Shown here one piece after another: positions 12,481-24,570 of a stretch of 64,000 nt of DNA. Source of the stretch: Raillietiella orientalis (Eukaryota); NCBI GenBank assembly GCA_036172245.1, contig JAYWIR010000049.1, positions 496,001 through 560,000 of the forward strand, written 5' to 3'. The stretch's first letter is position 1, and each line of letters opens with the position of its first letter. A program made the position numbers and the translations under genes. The notes below the pieces were generated by a model. The model was not told the origin of the DNA. It worked only from the letters and a program-made list of their open reading frames with translations, and ran no database searches.

Positions 12481-13011
12481 ATTTGCACGTAGGCAGGCAA
12501 TATGTAAGGGAAAAGTGGAATTGCAGTCTCATTGCGTGGGTGGCGGTCCAGGGTGGGATTTCCAGTCTCCCGGCGGCGTTCGGCCGGCAGAGCTCCGCTC
12601 GGACCGCGTCGCTCCGTTCGCTCTCGTGCCAGCTATGCGGCGGGTCAGTTCGGAGAAGCTCTCTCGAGCGATGCCTCCAGGGCGGAAGTGGGCAACCACG
12701 GCAGAAGATTGCCGCCGTAGGCCGACACGGCAGGCGCGCGCGGCTCGGTCAAGGAAGCCCAGAGCCGCACTCGAAGCCAACTCGAAGTAGGTTCTGAAGA
12801 GCCGTCACCTTGCCGCACGACCCTCTGCATGGCACGCGGTGTCCGTGCTGGCCGCGGAGATGCATAGCTTTCTAATGCCTTCGGCAGGTCGACCGCAAGG
12901 GCTCCCCTCTCCGATGCTTCAAACAGCCCTTCCGTTTCCTGGCCACCTACCAATCCGGGATTCCTGCTGCCGACGTGCGCAACCCTCCGTCGCAATCGAA
13001 GCCGGAATCAC

Positions 13012-14600
13012 CACCCGGATGCGCCGCGGCGTTCATTTTATTATGAAAATAAACATTTGCAATCTTTGTGGTTGGACCGGTGGTTCAACCACCAGGTCTA
13101 TTTCAACGGGGCCTACCGTGTTCCCGGTATGCCTCGTATTGCGCATATATTACCCCGGCAATGACTCCAAGACCAGAAGATGAGCCAACGACCTGGAGAT
13201 GAGCCGAAGAGCCGAATATGAGCCAACCACACGTTGATCAGCCGAAGACGCAAAGATGGATCAATAAGATGATCAGCCAACAGAGCGTAGATGAGCTCGA
13301 CGATCTGCCTGAACAATACAACGCTGCTGCAAAAAGAGAAATAAACAAAAAGAAAAATAGAAAGAAATTCGAGGGAGGGGAAGGGGGTCGGGAAGTTTAT
13401 CACCCGGTCTCACCGGGGCGTTTATATATAAACCAGTCGGGGACAAAGTCCACAACCAAAGCAACAACAGGAGAGAGAGAGAGTCAACCGGCACGCATGC
13501 CGGGAAAACGGACAGTTCGGAACGGGGAAGGAACAGGGGGACAACAAAAGCAAAGCAAAGCGGGAAAGAAGGAGTCTTTGGTGAGGTTCCGTTTTCAACG
13601 GGATAAAATCAAAAAGCACCAAGAAAGTTACGAGTGCGGGAAGTGGTCATGTCCTACTGGAAAGTGTTCTTTATATCGTTTGGAGGGTGCCGGCAAGTTC
13701 TTGCTGCAGCATACTGACCTTCAAGTGGTGCCATCTCGTTGCCATCCTCATGAAACGGACGGCAAAGTCGATGTGGTACATCTTTCGCTTGGTTCCCCTT
13801 TGAGTAGCTCCAGTCAGCCACAACCCCACGTAGACAGCAGAGTTTCTAGCGAGGTTGCTGGTCGAAGTGCGCCGCGTGCAAGGAGAGGTCTTAAAGCGTC
13901 GCTGGAGTTACCGCCAGAAGTTCCAAGGGTCGTGGTTAAGAGTTCTCACAGGGACGGAAGGCAACACAGTCCACTAGGAGGTGGGGGAGGGATTCCTGCT
14001 CCCCGCACCTTGCACAGTTTCGGTCCGCACACACCATGTCCAGAGATGCCTGAGGGCGTTTCACGTGAGACCACAGTGCAGCAGCATCAACGCCGACCCC
14101 TGCCACTTTGATGGAAAGGTGTGAATTGCTAAGAGCACCGGCGGCCAGGTGCAGATCTTCTTCGGGAATATCCAGCAGTTCTCCCCGGCGCAAAATTCCT
14201 CGAGGTGGAGCACTCGGGTTTGCAGTTTCCGGGAGCTGAACCGTCGTTTACTCATGCAGTCCTCTTTTCCTTCCAAAGATTTGCACACAAACCTCCCATC
14301 TAGTCGAAAGGCTGCTGCCAATATGCTCCCTTAGGGAGGAAAACTCTGCCCACTAAGTTTTCCTGGTTTTTGAAGGATCTCATGGAGCTAGCAGTTGTTG
14401 TAGGATCCGTACCGGAATCGCTGCGTCTTCTTCGGGCATCGCTCCTGGTTCCTCGACCACGTGCAAACGTTTTCCTGCAACTAGGCACTACTGTTCGCCG
14501 AACGGAAGGAGATCCAGCATGATGTCATTGGTTCACTTCAGGGGTCACGTCGAATATGCCTTCTTGCAGTGTACTGTGTTTGAAGGGAGGTTAAAACTCT
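13012..14600 (-). mobile_element. Two nested LINE 3' ends (termini at ~13401 and ~13012) with ORF2 C-terminus
   Basis: RNCARCGEQESLPHLLVDCVA at ~14025-13960; 13640-13830 is closely similar to 20890-21100; two terminal hairpins. Confidence 0.75.
13170..13310. repeat. Degenerate GATGAGCC/GATCAGCC minisatellite-like repeat
   Basis: agatgagccaacgac, gatgagccgaa, gatcagccgaa, gatcagccaac. Confidence 0.6.
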
Positions 14601-15849
14601 GGTCCCGTAAGTGGACCTCGGTGTGAAGGCGGACCTGCGATCTGCAAGGATCTTGCGTGCCTGCAGGAGAGTCTATGAAGAACAGTTTTCCCTTTCTCTG
14701 CTGCGAGTGATGCTGGCTGACTCAGCACGAGGGGGCACGTGCCTTTAGGAAGCCCTGTTCTCCAGAGTGAGAAAGGTTTGGTGCTCCTATTCATATATTG
14801 GAGTTTACCAGAGTTCTAGCCTTAACCACTGAGGAAGATACGCCTATGCGCTTGATGTTTCAAATGATGAGTGGGTGTTTCCATGGACACTGTAAACACT
14901 GATAACAAAAGTAAAGATCACACAGCAGATCACACAGGTATGCAGAGATTCGCTATTCCAGTCCTAGTGGATCTATCCACAGTCATGTGGCATTCTGATC
15001 TAAAGAGATACCTGATGATTGCCTCAAGGATTGCTTAATTTATGCAACTGCTTCTGGATGAACTTTTGAGGAATGAAGTTGGTGGAGGGTTGCTTTCTTG
15101 ACATGACCTTGGTAGCAGGATTGCTACAGATGAGGACATCTGAAAAGTCATTTCTTGTGCTCTTTCTTGTGAGCCATCGTATCAAGAGACGTGTTGCTTC
15201 GCTTTGCCTCTATGCTTTGCATACATCTGCTAATAAAAAAAGCAGGAGAACGATAGATGGAAGTGCCTACTGAAATTTCCCATTCTTCTTGAAAGGAAGG
15301 CACGTGATCAAGCGGATACACTTTAGATGGCACTAGGAGGAAGGTTGCAATTTAAATAGCCATCAAGGAATTCCGGATGTGAATGTACCAACCTTAGATG
15401 AAGTGTGCATTAAAAGCATATGTTTGTGGAAACATATTTTTCTCAAAGTGCAGCAATCAATAGCTCAAAGTGAGCAGAAAAAGGCAACTCGTTCGTTCAA
15501 CTCTAGAAAAAAGTGAATTGGATGCTGTCAGAAACAAATTCTGCAGTGTGCAGTATATGTGAATCGATTGAGATGCACAATGAATTACATTACAAGGTTT
15601 TTAGGAACAGACGGAGTGAAGAAAGGACCTCAGGTAGGTCAGGTAAGGAGTCAGGTATGGACCTACTGGTGCTATTTTGGGAAAGGATGGTTTTGCCGGT
15701 TACCCCAGTTACACCGAAGCATTAAAGCACACAAGCAAGTTGGAAACAGATTTCTCAAGACAAAGACAGCAGAAAGAAGTTCAAGAAGAGGAGTACTTAC
15801 CTACTGGCAGATCGCTTACTGGTGCAGTCTGAAGAGGAAGGGAAGGAGA

Positions 15850-18720
15850 TAGTAAAGAAAGAAAGAAAGAAAGGGGCGAAGACATGAGTTTTGGGCATTG
15901 GAAGCGTCTTCCCACTCAGGAACGACACAGGATGTCCGCAATCTCGGACTCGACTTCTTTCAGAAGCGGCCACTTTGCAGCGGTCCTTATCTAGGCAGCT
16001 GCAATGCGCTCTCTGCACCTGAGACTTCAGCACAAAGGGGTCTGTGGCATGGAGCAGAAACAGCACATCGTTGCGATTACGATGCCTGTACGAGGTCTGC
16101 CTCGCACGAAGAATCGCCGCGTCAACCTCAGAAACTCAAGTTCTTGCTAGATAGAATTTTACAATTAGGGTCGTCTCGTTGCCATCTTTATGAAGCGGAC
16201 GTCAAAGTGGGTGTGGCATCCCTGTCACTAGGTCCTCTTCTTGTATCTCTCCATGTTGTCACATTACTGCCCCCAGCAAGTCCTTGGCGGCTCCCTAAAG
16301 TGCAGAAATACTGATGCCAGACACCACCAAATTCTCCAAGGGCACCGCAGTCCATTTACAGGTGCTGGAACGATCCAATCGTCCCGCGCCTTGAGCAGTT
16401 TTGGAACATCCCGGAGACGAGATGCCTGAGCTGGTTGCTCTGGAAACCCCAGTTCAGGAAGAGCATCACCTCGTGCTTTCGCTTCAAAAGAAACACCAAA
16501 GCGTTCCAACACAGAGGAGAGGCCAATATTCCTTCGGAGGGCACAATCAGCAGTCCAGAACCACCGAAGGAGTTCCTTAGAAACGCGGCGCCCACCAGCT
16601 CGCTTGCCTTCCTGCTACCCGAGAGTTTGACCTCTCCTGGCAACGGTGCAGCAGAACGTCCGGTTGGCTACTTCCGCTGCTTGCCCTGAGGGCAGGCGGC
16701 GTTGCGGCAAGGGGTATGGATGCCACCGGGGACGCTATTTCGTCCTGTCCTGAGAAACATTTCCGAGCAGTTCGCAAAGGGCGGAGAACCTCCGGAAATT
16801 ACATCCAGAGGGCTCCCCAGATCACAGCCGCCCCCAGCTGCCTAGCACCTAGTCCGTGGGAGACGAGACTTCCGAGGGTGGCTTCCCCGAAGCCAGTCGC
16901 CTCAACAAGCAACCAAATCCCCGCATCTTTTAACAGCTGCACAGCAGCAGTAAGAGCGGTTCTTCGCTGCTAGAACAGCGCTCAAGGATGAGACGTGCAG
17001 AAACACTTGGGCTTCCAGCGGAGCTTTACTTGGAGGCCCACAACGTGGTACACAGAGCTGATGTCCTGACGGGACGCCATCAACTCTTTCGATCCTTCAT
17101 ATTTCTTTAGAGATATGAACGACTACCTTCGACCTCTAACGACAGAGCTTTCAGCGTTCCTTGCGGCTGGCTGTTCCCTCAACCGTGCCAGTCTTAGCGT
17201 TCGAGGCTCTGCGGCCATCAACCGCGAAGCCACTGCTGCTAACGGTTGTCCTCCATGCGCCCTCAAGGCAACAGCCTCCAAGGGCCTCCAAGGCACTTCT
17301 GGTTAACCAATACGAGATTGACTACGTGGCGAACACCATCCATGAGACGCTTTCTTCCTCAGTAGCACAATCCATCGTCTAGGAAGCAACTCGGCGTCTG
17401 AAGTCAGAAGTGCCATCGAACGCCGGTGACCTGGGTTGCCTGAGTCTCCTCCCTTGTGGAGGAGACGCTTCCCAGCTGATCGAAAAAACTGGAAACAGGC
17501 GTGGCGTCTGTATCAGCTTTGTTACCCGCAACGCTAGGGGGCTCTGCTGAGAAGCTCTGATGCCAGTCTGTTGGCGCTGCCCACCTCTTGGGCTTTCCGG
17601 TAGCCTAGGGAACCTCTTCCAGAGTGAGAGACTTGTCATGATGAGCGAGTGTCTTCTTCTGTGTTCAAGCATTCGGCTGCCCAGGTAACACAGGGACCGT
17701 GGATTCAAAAGCACGGCAATACCGCCTTCTAGAGACGAACACGAAAGCCACGATCTTAGATATTTGCGTGTCAAACCGAACACTGGCATCCTGCAGACAA
17801 ACGCCAACAAGTTCTTAGCGCGCTTTCTAGATCCCACGCAGGAAACATAGGAACTGAGTGGTCAGAGTGGCTCTTCACTCTAGGTCCATCATCGGTTTTT
17901 GGCGACCCGGCTACCTTTGGTCGGAAATCCGCTGAGAGAGACGGGAATTTTTTCCTCGCGGCCCAGCGAGAGCAGGGAGGTGTTCCCAGCTGCTTGAGGA
18001 GGAATTCCTCATCGACTCAGATGGAAGGTGGCCTATGATGGCCTCTGCTTCCTTCCTTCCCTTCCTCTTCTTATTCTTCCTCCTTCTCCTCCTCTTTTCC
18101 TCCTCCTCTTCGTCAGAAGGCGGTAAAAGAATTCTTTCAGCCCGCTCAGCATGCTTCCCACGAAGACCTTCCGTTTCCTGCAGAAGTAGCTAAAGGTGAA
18201 AAGGGGCAGCTGGCTGTTCCTGGAAACTCAGATCTCCTCCAATCTGTCTTCCATCTTCTCCTTGATTTCGAAGTACCGGCCTTTTTTCTTCTCGATAAGC
18301 TTGAAGGCGTCTTCGAGTGGAAGCTGTGGTGTGTCCAGCAGTGCTCAACCACCGAGGGAGTCCCTTTGCCGAGTACTCAAGAGCCGTTCTCCTGGAGATT
18401 CACGAAGCTCTCAAAGCACCGTCCATGTCACCGGAGGGTGCGTGTAACCCTTCAAGTTAGGGGATGCTCCAGGAGGGATCATCCTATGAATCCAAGAAGG
18501 CTACGGAGAGGGAGTACGTTTCCCTTTCGGCTTCGGGAGAAAACACCGAAGGAACTCTCCCTCTGGTTGCCTCCGGAAGGACCTTTCGGAAATGATCTGC
18601 TCCTCATTTCCTACTCGGAAGAGAACCCCGAAGGGAGTTTCCCAATTTCCCTGAAGGAAGCTCCCCGAAGGGCGCAGCGTGCTTCTGCAACACTCTGGAG
18701 AGGTGGAAACAGCTAATCGA
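15850..18720 (-). mobile_element. Internally deleted LINE copy: ORF1 repeat module, K/R/E-rich ORF1 end, degenerate APE, C-terminal finger
   Basis: ~42-nt repeat module at 18700-18500; EEEEEKRRRRRKNKKRK; APE-like WLSCSSLEGGIAVLL (~17750); QNCSRRGTIGSFQHL*MDC (~16400). Confidence 0.65.
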
Positions 18721-18899
18721 CCGAAGGGGTGCTGGATTGCAGCAGCCGCAGTCAGCCACGTAAGTGATGATTGCATCCAGCCACAGCAAAGCTTCGAACG
18801 CCGAATTGTTCACTGTGAAGAAAAGACTGCTTACGTCCTATAAATTCACAGTGGTTCATAATCTGCTAATGCGCACCTCCCATGGCGGACAGGGAATCC

Positions 18900-20340
18900 G
18901 CCTGAGGAGGCGATCGTTCGCCGACGTCTGTGCTGATGTCCAGCTGGCGCTGGAGCCACGACTGCGGCTTTCCGTGGTCGATGAGAGCGTTGCAAATGTC
19001 GTCCGAGTTGCCGTGCGTCGGTGGTGCCTTTTCCTGGGGGCTACCGGGCCCGCGGGCTACGAAGAGGGCCTTTTAGAAGCGCTTCAGAGTCTCCGCGTGG
19101 CTGCTGAGCCACCCAGCTTGGGGTACGCCTTTCGCTCGTCGGCAGTCCCCCCATCCTTCCCCAGGAAGATGCTCAGGTAACCTTTTTAACACTCGAGCTG
19201 CTTATCAGCGTCATCGAGACCGTCGTAGAAGTCTACGAGGTGGTTTCAGGCTGCCTCCTTCTAGAAGGTAAAGGCGATAACTACCCAAAGAGCCGTCGCG
19301 CGTCTCGCGGTCCACGCAGCTCTTTCACGCTGTTCTACTCCACCGGAGGATGCGTGTAAATTCTTCAGATGGAGGCCATTCTGGGAGGACACAGCCCTAT
19401 GAATCCAGGAAGGGTTCTGTAGAAGGAAGTCCGTTCTTCTCACGCTTGGGGAGGAATTCCGAGATGGAGATCACCTTCACCCTAGTTGTCTCGTAAAGGG
19501 AACCCCGAAAGGAATCTTTTTCCTTATTCTCTCCTGAAGGCCCCTTAGAGGGGTTTGCTCCATTTTTCCTTCTCTGAAGTGAACCTGGAAAGGATCTGCT
19601 CCTGGACTTTCTTCTCCGGAGGGATCCCTTGCGAGGGATCCGCTTCTGTTTGTACGCCTCTGAAAAGAACCCAGAAGGGACGCTTCCGAAACTCAGGAGG
19701 ACGCTGCTTCCCCGAAGGGATCGGCTCACTTCTCTGCGTTCTCCGGAGGGGTGGCGACACACCTACTCCATCAGTCCAAAGCGGGAGTCCTCTGCTTTGC
19801 AACCGGAGGGAAAATCCCACTCCTTGATTCCTGGAAGGATCCGAAGGGTCGGCTTCCATTGTTCAGACTCTCATCGGGGACATCCGGTTTCAACCAGTGC
19901 CGTACCCGGATGAATGCAGGCCGACCTGCGTCATCTTGCGGGATGAACTCGAACCGACGCGGCGCACTGCGTCGATTCAGTTCCGGGTATTCGAACCCGC
20001 GACGCCTGGTGGTGCCACTTGCGGAAAGCACAACCACGTGTTCTCCGACGCGGGCCATTAGGGCGATCGTTGGAACCGCTCCAGGAAGGCCAGCTGCTGC
20101 TCCAGAAGCGCAGGACGGCTTCTTCGTGGTGCTCCTGTCTTTTGCGGGACACACCGAGAACTCCGAGAGGGGACCGTGCCTCCAGGGAAACATCTCCGCG
20201 TTCCCTGACGCTCTCCGGCTGCTCCTGGTGGCATCTCATCTCCGTGGAGTTCTGGTGCCCAGATGGCCGTGGGCCCCGTATTCGGCCCTTGACGTCGTTC
20301 TTCTCGTGCCTGAGAGTCGGCTCCTCTAGTCAGAGTCGTC
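18900..20340 (-). mobile_element. LINE ORF1 region (RRM-like segment followed by 14-aa repeat module)
   Basis: IRVRHWLKPDVPDESL; block homologous to 24100-24330(+), 30400-30900(+), 57350-57520(-), 60520-61230(+) and 62380-62180(-). Confidence 0.65.
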
Positions 20341-20694
20341 AGATCCACAGTAATGAAGGAATTGCTGCAGGAAAGGAGGTGGGTGGTAAGTGACCAAAGT
20401 GTGCAGCTATTTCGAAGGCATCTTCAGCCGGCGGAAACCACGCGCGACGCAGGCTAACCGTTGCCACCCTCTCCAACAGGAAGCAGAACTATACAGCATC
20501 CCGATCGTTGTGGGCTCTCCTGCCGTGAGCTGCAAGAAGGTGGCTGCCCCGCTCCGGTCGTCGCCGGCTGCCACCGCAGACGTCCCCGGTCTGAACTCAT
20601 CTACCAACGGCAGCCGAATGAGCATCTTGAGCCGAACGCCAGCGTCATCTCGCGTCGCGACTGGTAACCTGAGCGGAGACTGTGGCTTGGCTTT

Positions 20695-21200
20695 CTACCC
20701 AGGTGCGCCGGTGAGTTTCTTTCATATGGAAAATAAACGTTTGCGAAGATTGCGCTTAGACCGGTGGTCCAGCCAAGTCCATTTCAATTAAGCCTAGCGT
20801 GTTACCAGTACGCGGCGAGATCCGCCACGTAAGCAAAGGGGAGGCGAAAAACAAAAATAAACAAATAAAATTTGGGAAGGAGGGGTGCAGGAAGTGGTCA
20901 TGTCCTACTGGGAACTGTCATTCACATCCTTTGGAGGGTGCCGGAAAGTTCTCGCTGCCGCATACTGACCTTCAGGTGGAGCCATCTCGTTGCCATCCTC
21001 ATGAAACGGACGGCAAAGTCGATGTGGCACCTCTGTCGCTCGGTTGTCCTTTGCGTGGCTCCAGGCAGCCACAATCACACATAGTCAGCAGAGAGTTGCT
21101 AGTGAGCTGCCGATCGAAGGCCGTCTCGTAGGAGGAGGGGTTTTGAAGCGTCCCTGGGATTGCCGTCGGGGTTTTCTAGGGTCGCGGCGTAGCGTTTCCG
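20695..21200 (-). mobile_element. 5'-truncated LINE 3' end
   Basis: Close similarity to 13640-13830; family 3'UTR and degenerate terminal hairpin. Confidence 0.7.
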
Positions 21201-23229
21201 GAGGGGCCGGAGACTGTAGTCTGGCTGTGGCCCTCACGGGCAGCTTTCAGCTGAAGTTCAGCAGCCCGGGCTTTTCTCTCTTCCATTCTACCTGAGCACT
21301 AGCCGCCGCTCTTCCAGTGTGCTGCTGTCCATCAGCACGACACGTGACCTACCAGTGTGCTGCTTAGATTCCATGCCCCGAATCTCGTAACTCAGATCAG
21401 TTGCTGGCCGGTGTTCGTGTCCCAGCGGCCCTTCACACGTCCCATCCATGTCGTTGCTGCTAACGCCAGAACAAGGTCAGCTCGCAACTTCCGGTTTGTG
21501 TGCCACTCCATCGTTTCCTTGTGCTCTAGCAGCCCGACGAGGGTGCGGCTTGGAGAGGTCACTCCGCGAGTCCGAATACTCTCGCCAGAGGCAGCTGCAC
21601 CGATCCATTCGACCCCTGCGCTTCCAGGGAAGCAGGTCGGAGGCGAACAGCCCGCCTCCTGGAGGTCGCCATCCCTATGGCGTGTAACTCAAAGAGCCCT
21701 GCAGCTGGGGCGCTCGGTCTGATGCTCCTGCATCTCTTCCTGCGCCAGCGTGCAGATGCTTCTTCCCTGCGTTGTCAGCGTCTGATCGAAGAGCTGGGTC
21801 GTCAACCTCTGTCAACCTCCACGTGTTCCTCCCGTCTTCCCATCTGGAGTTCCACGATTCCTCGCTGACTTTGCACGGCTCGCGTGCAGCCTCACGCCAC
21901 TGCTGACGGCCACGCAGGAGGTTTGCTCGTGGGTGGGGCACGTGTTTCGCAAGACTATGCAGCCTACACCGGATGAATATGCTTGCTCTGGAGTTCGCGC
22001 TTCTTATTCGATTTGCTCTGCGATGTAGTTATAACTCGTCGGTGCAGAAGGCGTCGCGTGCGGCGGAACTGCTCCCTTGATCGAAAACACAACCCGCGCG
22101 TGCCGGCAGAAGGGGGTCACCTGCTTTCGCGGGGGATCCGCGGTGCGGCTACGAGCACGAGGAACTTTGCGCGGGCTCTGCGCGTCTTCGTGCTCTTCCG
22201 AAAGCCTCATAGTTGACGCGTTTCCAACGGCTGTCCGTCGGCATCTTCAGGTGCAAGTAGCGTTTCTTTCTCCTTTTGCAGTTCGCAAAATGACGAAGAA
22301 CCGCTCGTCTCCTCACGGGGGGCTCGCAAAGCTCTTATTCGCATCCTCAGGTCATCCACTAAACGGTGAGTTCGGGAGGAAAGGGCGGAGCAAACCTCCT
22401 GTGGGGAGGAAGAGCAAGGAATGAAATGGGGTGCTGCGAGAGTCAATGTTGAGAAAGGAAGGAGCTGGTGAAGAGGAACGTAGAGTAAGATCTCACAGAC
22501 GTTGCGTCTGCGAGATTGCAGTTGTTGTTGGGCTCGACGTTAGTTACACACCGTGTTGTCAACCGCTTCCTATGCGGAAGTCCTTACAAAAAAAGAGAAA
22601 AGAAAGAAAAACAAGTGAGAGAAGCTAAAGATATCATCAAAGAGGTGAGGGTGCCTTTGTACAGAAAACAAAGGTGAACTTAAAATGCTGGACGTTCCCC
22701 GTGTTACGATCTCCTAGAACTTTTGACCCTCGATGGAAAGTTTTCATGAGTTGCCCGGGATGGTATCTGCTAATGATCATACAGCCTCCCTTGATAATGG
22801 ACACGTCTATGAGTCCGACGAAAACCACGAGCGCACGCTATGAACGCACATATGGGTTCAGTAAATATGATCGGCTTGGACTATGGACGCATCTATGCGT
22901 TTGGCAAATGTTTTTACCTTATACTCGCCACATCAGTTACCACTATCCATTTTTGAGACGGACACATACACTTACGGTCTTGTAATTGCCTTAGCAACGA
23001 CAGTAAACAAAAATTCTATTTATATAGGCTAAGGACTCTCGTTTTTTCTCAGTGTCGTACAGAATTTATGATGACGGTTTTCATCTTTGTGGTACCTTAA
23101 AAATGTGAATGAATTATCGATTTCTTCGAATTACAATTCCAATTTTTAAAGGAATAATGCATGTTTGAGGAAAATGAAAATACTCTATTAAATGTGGTGT
23201 AAATAAACAAGAGTAACTTGAATCAGCAC

Positions 23230-24400
23230 TTTATGTAGTCAGTTGGTACCTCGATGGAGCACGCGGTACGCGAAAGAGCTCTCCGTCCACAGAGGTCGCC
23301 GCTGCGACTCGCGTGCCCTCAGCACAGAACGTTTCAATCGGATGAGTTCCGGACCCGAAGAGTCTAAAAACAGAAACAACTGCTTCTTGCAAGCCACACC
23401 ACATTGCCTTCCATGAAAGCTCCAAGATACTTATGTGATAATTTCATGAAGTTTTTGCCGTTGTCCCCCTTACTCTGTCGTCCCTGGGAATAACCAGGGT
23501 TACGGTCCAAATTCCATCAGCTGGCACGTGTCTGTGAAACATCATCCCTCTGAATAGCTGAAAAGGATGCATCCCATTACTCCCCTGCAGCTTTGGACGT
23601 GCAACCTTCCTCGAGAAAGCACATCTTGGTCGCCTAACTTGGCAATTGTGAAAGATGCGATCCGCGTCAGGCGGCGGGTGCAACATGAATTCCCATCTCG
23701 TGTCGACCCGCACCCCCTTTCTAGACGGACATGTTGGAATCGAAGGCACAGAGCAGCACGAAGACCAGGCGAGCGGCATCCCGAAGTGGTTCCTGTTGGT
23801 CAGCATCAGACCACGGTCAGTCCATGCTTCCAGAAGAAGGAAAAGAATCCACACGTTCATCATTACCGTCCGTGGTGTTTACAATGTGAGAACCATCGAG
23901 CGACAATGGTAAGCTTCTCTGCAGGCACCACCTTGGACATTGCGGAACACCGCCGCATCAGCTTCCATTGATCTCTGAACTCCTCCGTGGGCGCCAGCTC
24001 GCGCCATGCACTCAATCTATCCATCGTCGAGCAGAAAGCTTTGGCCTGCTGCAAAAGACCCCTTCCTTATCCAAACAACCGGCATTGAGGACCGCGTGTC
24101 CTCCAGCGCGGGTTCGAATCCGAGGAAGGATCCGCCCGAGGAAGGATCGACGCAAAGAACGGGGGACTTCGATCCCCCCCCCCCGCAAGATGACGCTGGT
24201 TGGCCTCGGTTGGCTTCGGGTGCGGCACTGGTGGAAGCCGGATGCCCCCGGGATTGGAATTTGACTCTCCTGGGTCCTTGTAGGAATCAAAGAGCTGTGT
24301 CTCTTCTGGGTTCCCCTCCGGTTGTGAAAATGGCGCCGTTACCATGGAGCTGGTTGATGTCCCCCTCGGGTGATCAGTCTCTTCGGCAATTTTATGCCAC
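23230..24400. mobile_element. Back-to-back LINE fragments (APE-like on -, ORF1 5' part on +)
   Basis: VWILFLLLEAW (degenerate APE DIxxLQET) on minus; MTLVGLGWLRVRHWWKPDAP on plus. Confidence 0.5.
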
Positions 24401-24524
24401 TCTGAAACAGCTAAACAATGAACTAGGAGTGCCATTCTGGTTCACTAACCTTGCCAAAGCAACACTGAAAAAATATTGCCGTTACTCCTAACGAGAACGT
24501 TCCAAGATGCACTGATGGTGATGG

Positions 24525-24570
24525 CATCGACGCTAATTTAGGACCTCGAGGTCCTAAATTAGCGTCGATG
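24525..24570. repeat. Perfect 46-bp palindrome
   Basis: catcgacgctaatttaggacctc|gaggtcctaaattagcgtcgatg. Confidence 0.95.

Noticed and set aside
19860..19895. Hammerhead-like words GAAAC..GTC..CGATGAG on the minus strand
   Set aside because: The order and spacing leave no stem I, and the words are not conserved in sister copies. Other CTGANGA hits that I checked lacked stem II plus GAAA.
19985..20015. tRNA/SINE-like B-box GGGTTCGAA(T)C recurring at ~19990(-), 24110(+), 57490(-), 62370(-), 30020(-)
   Set aside because: No cloverleaf or A-box could be folded. In most cases it lies inside the LINE ORF1 coding block.
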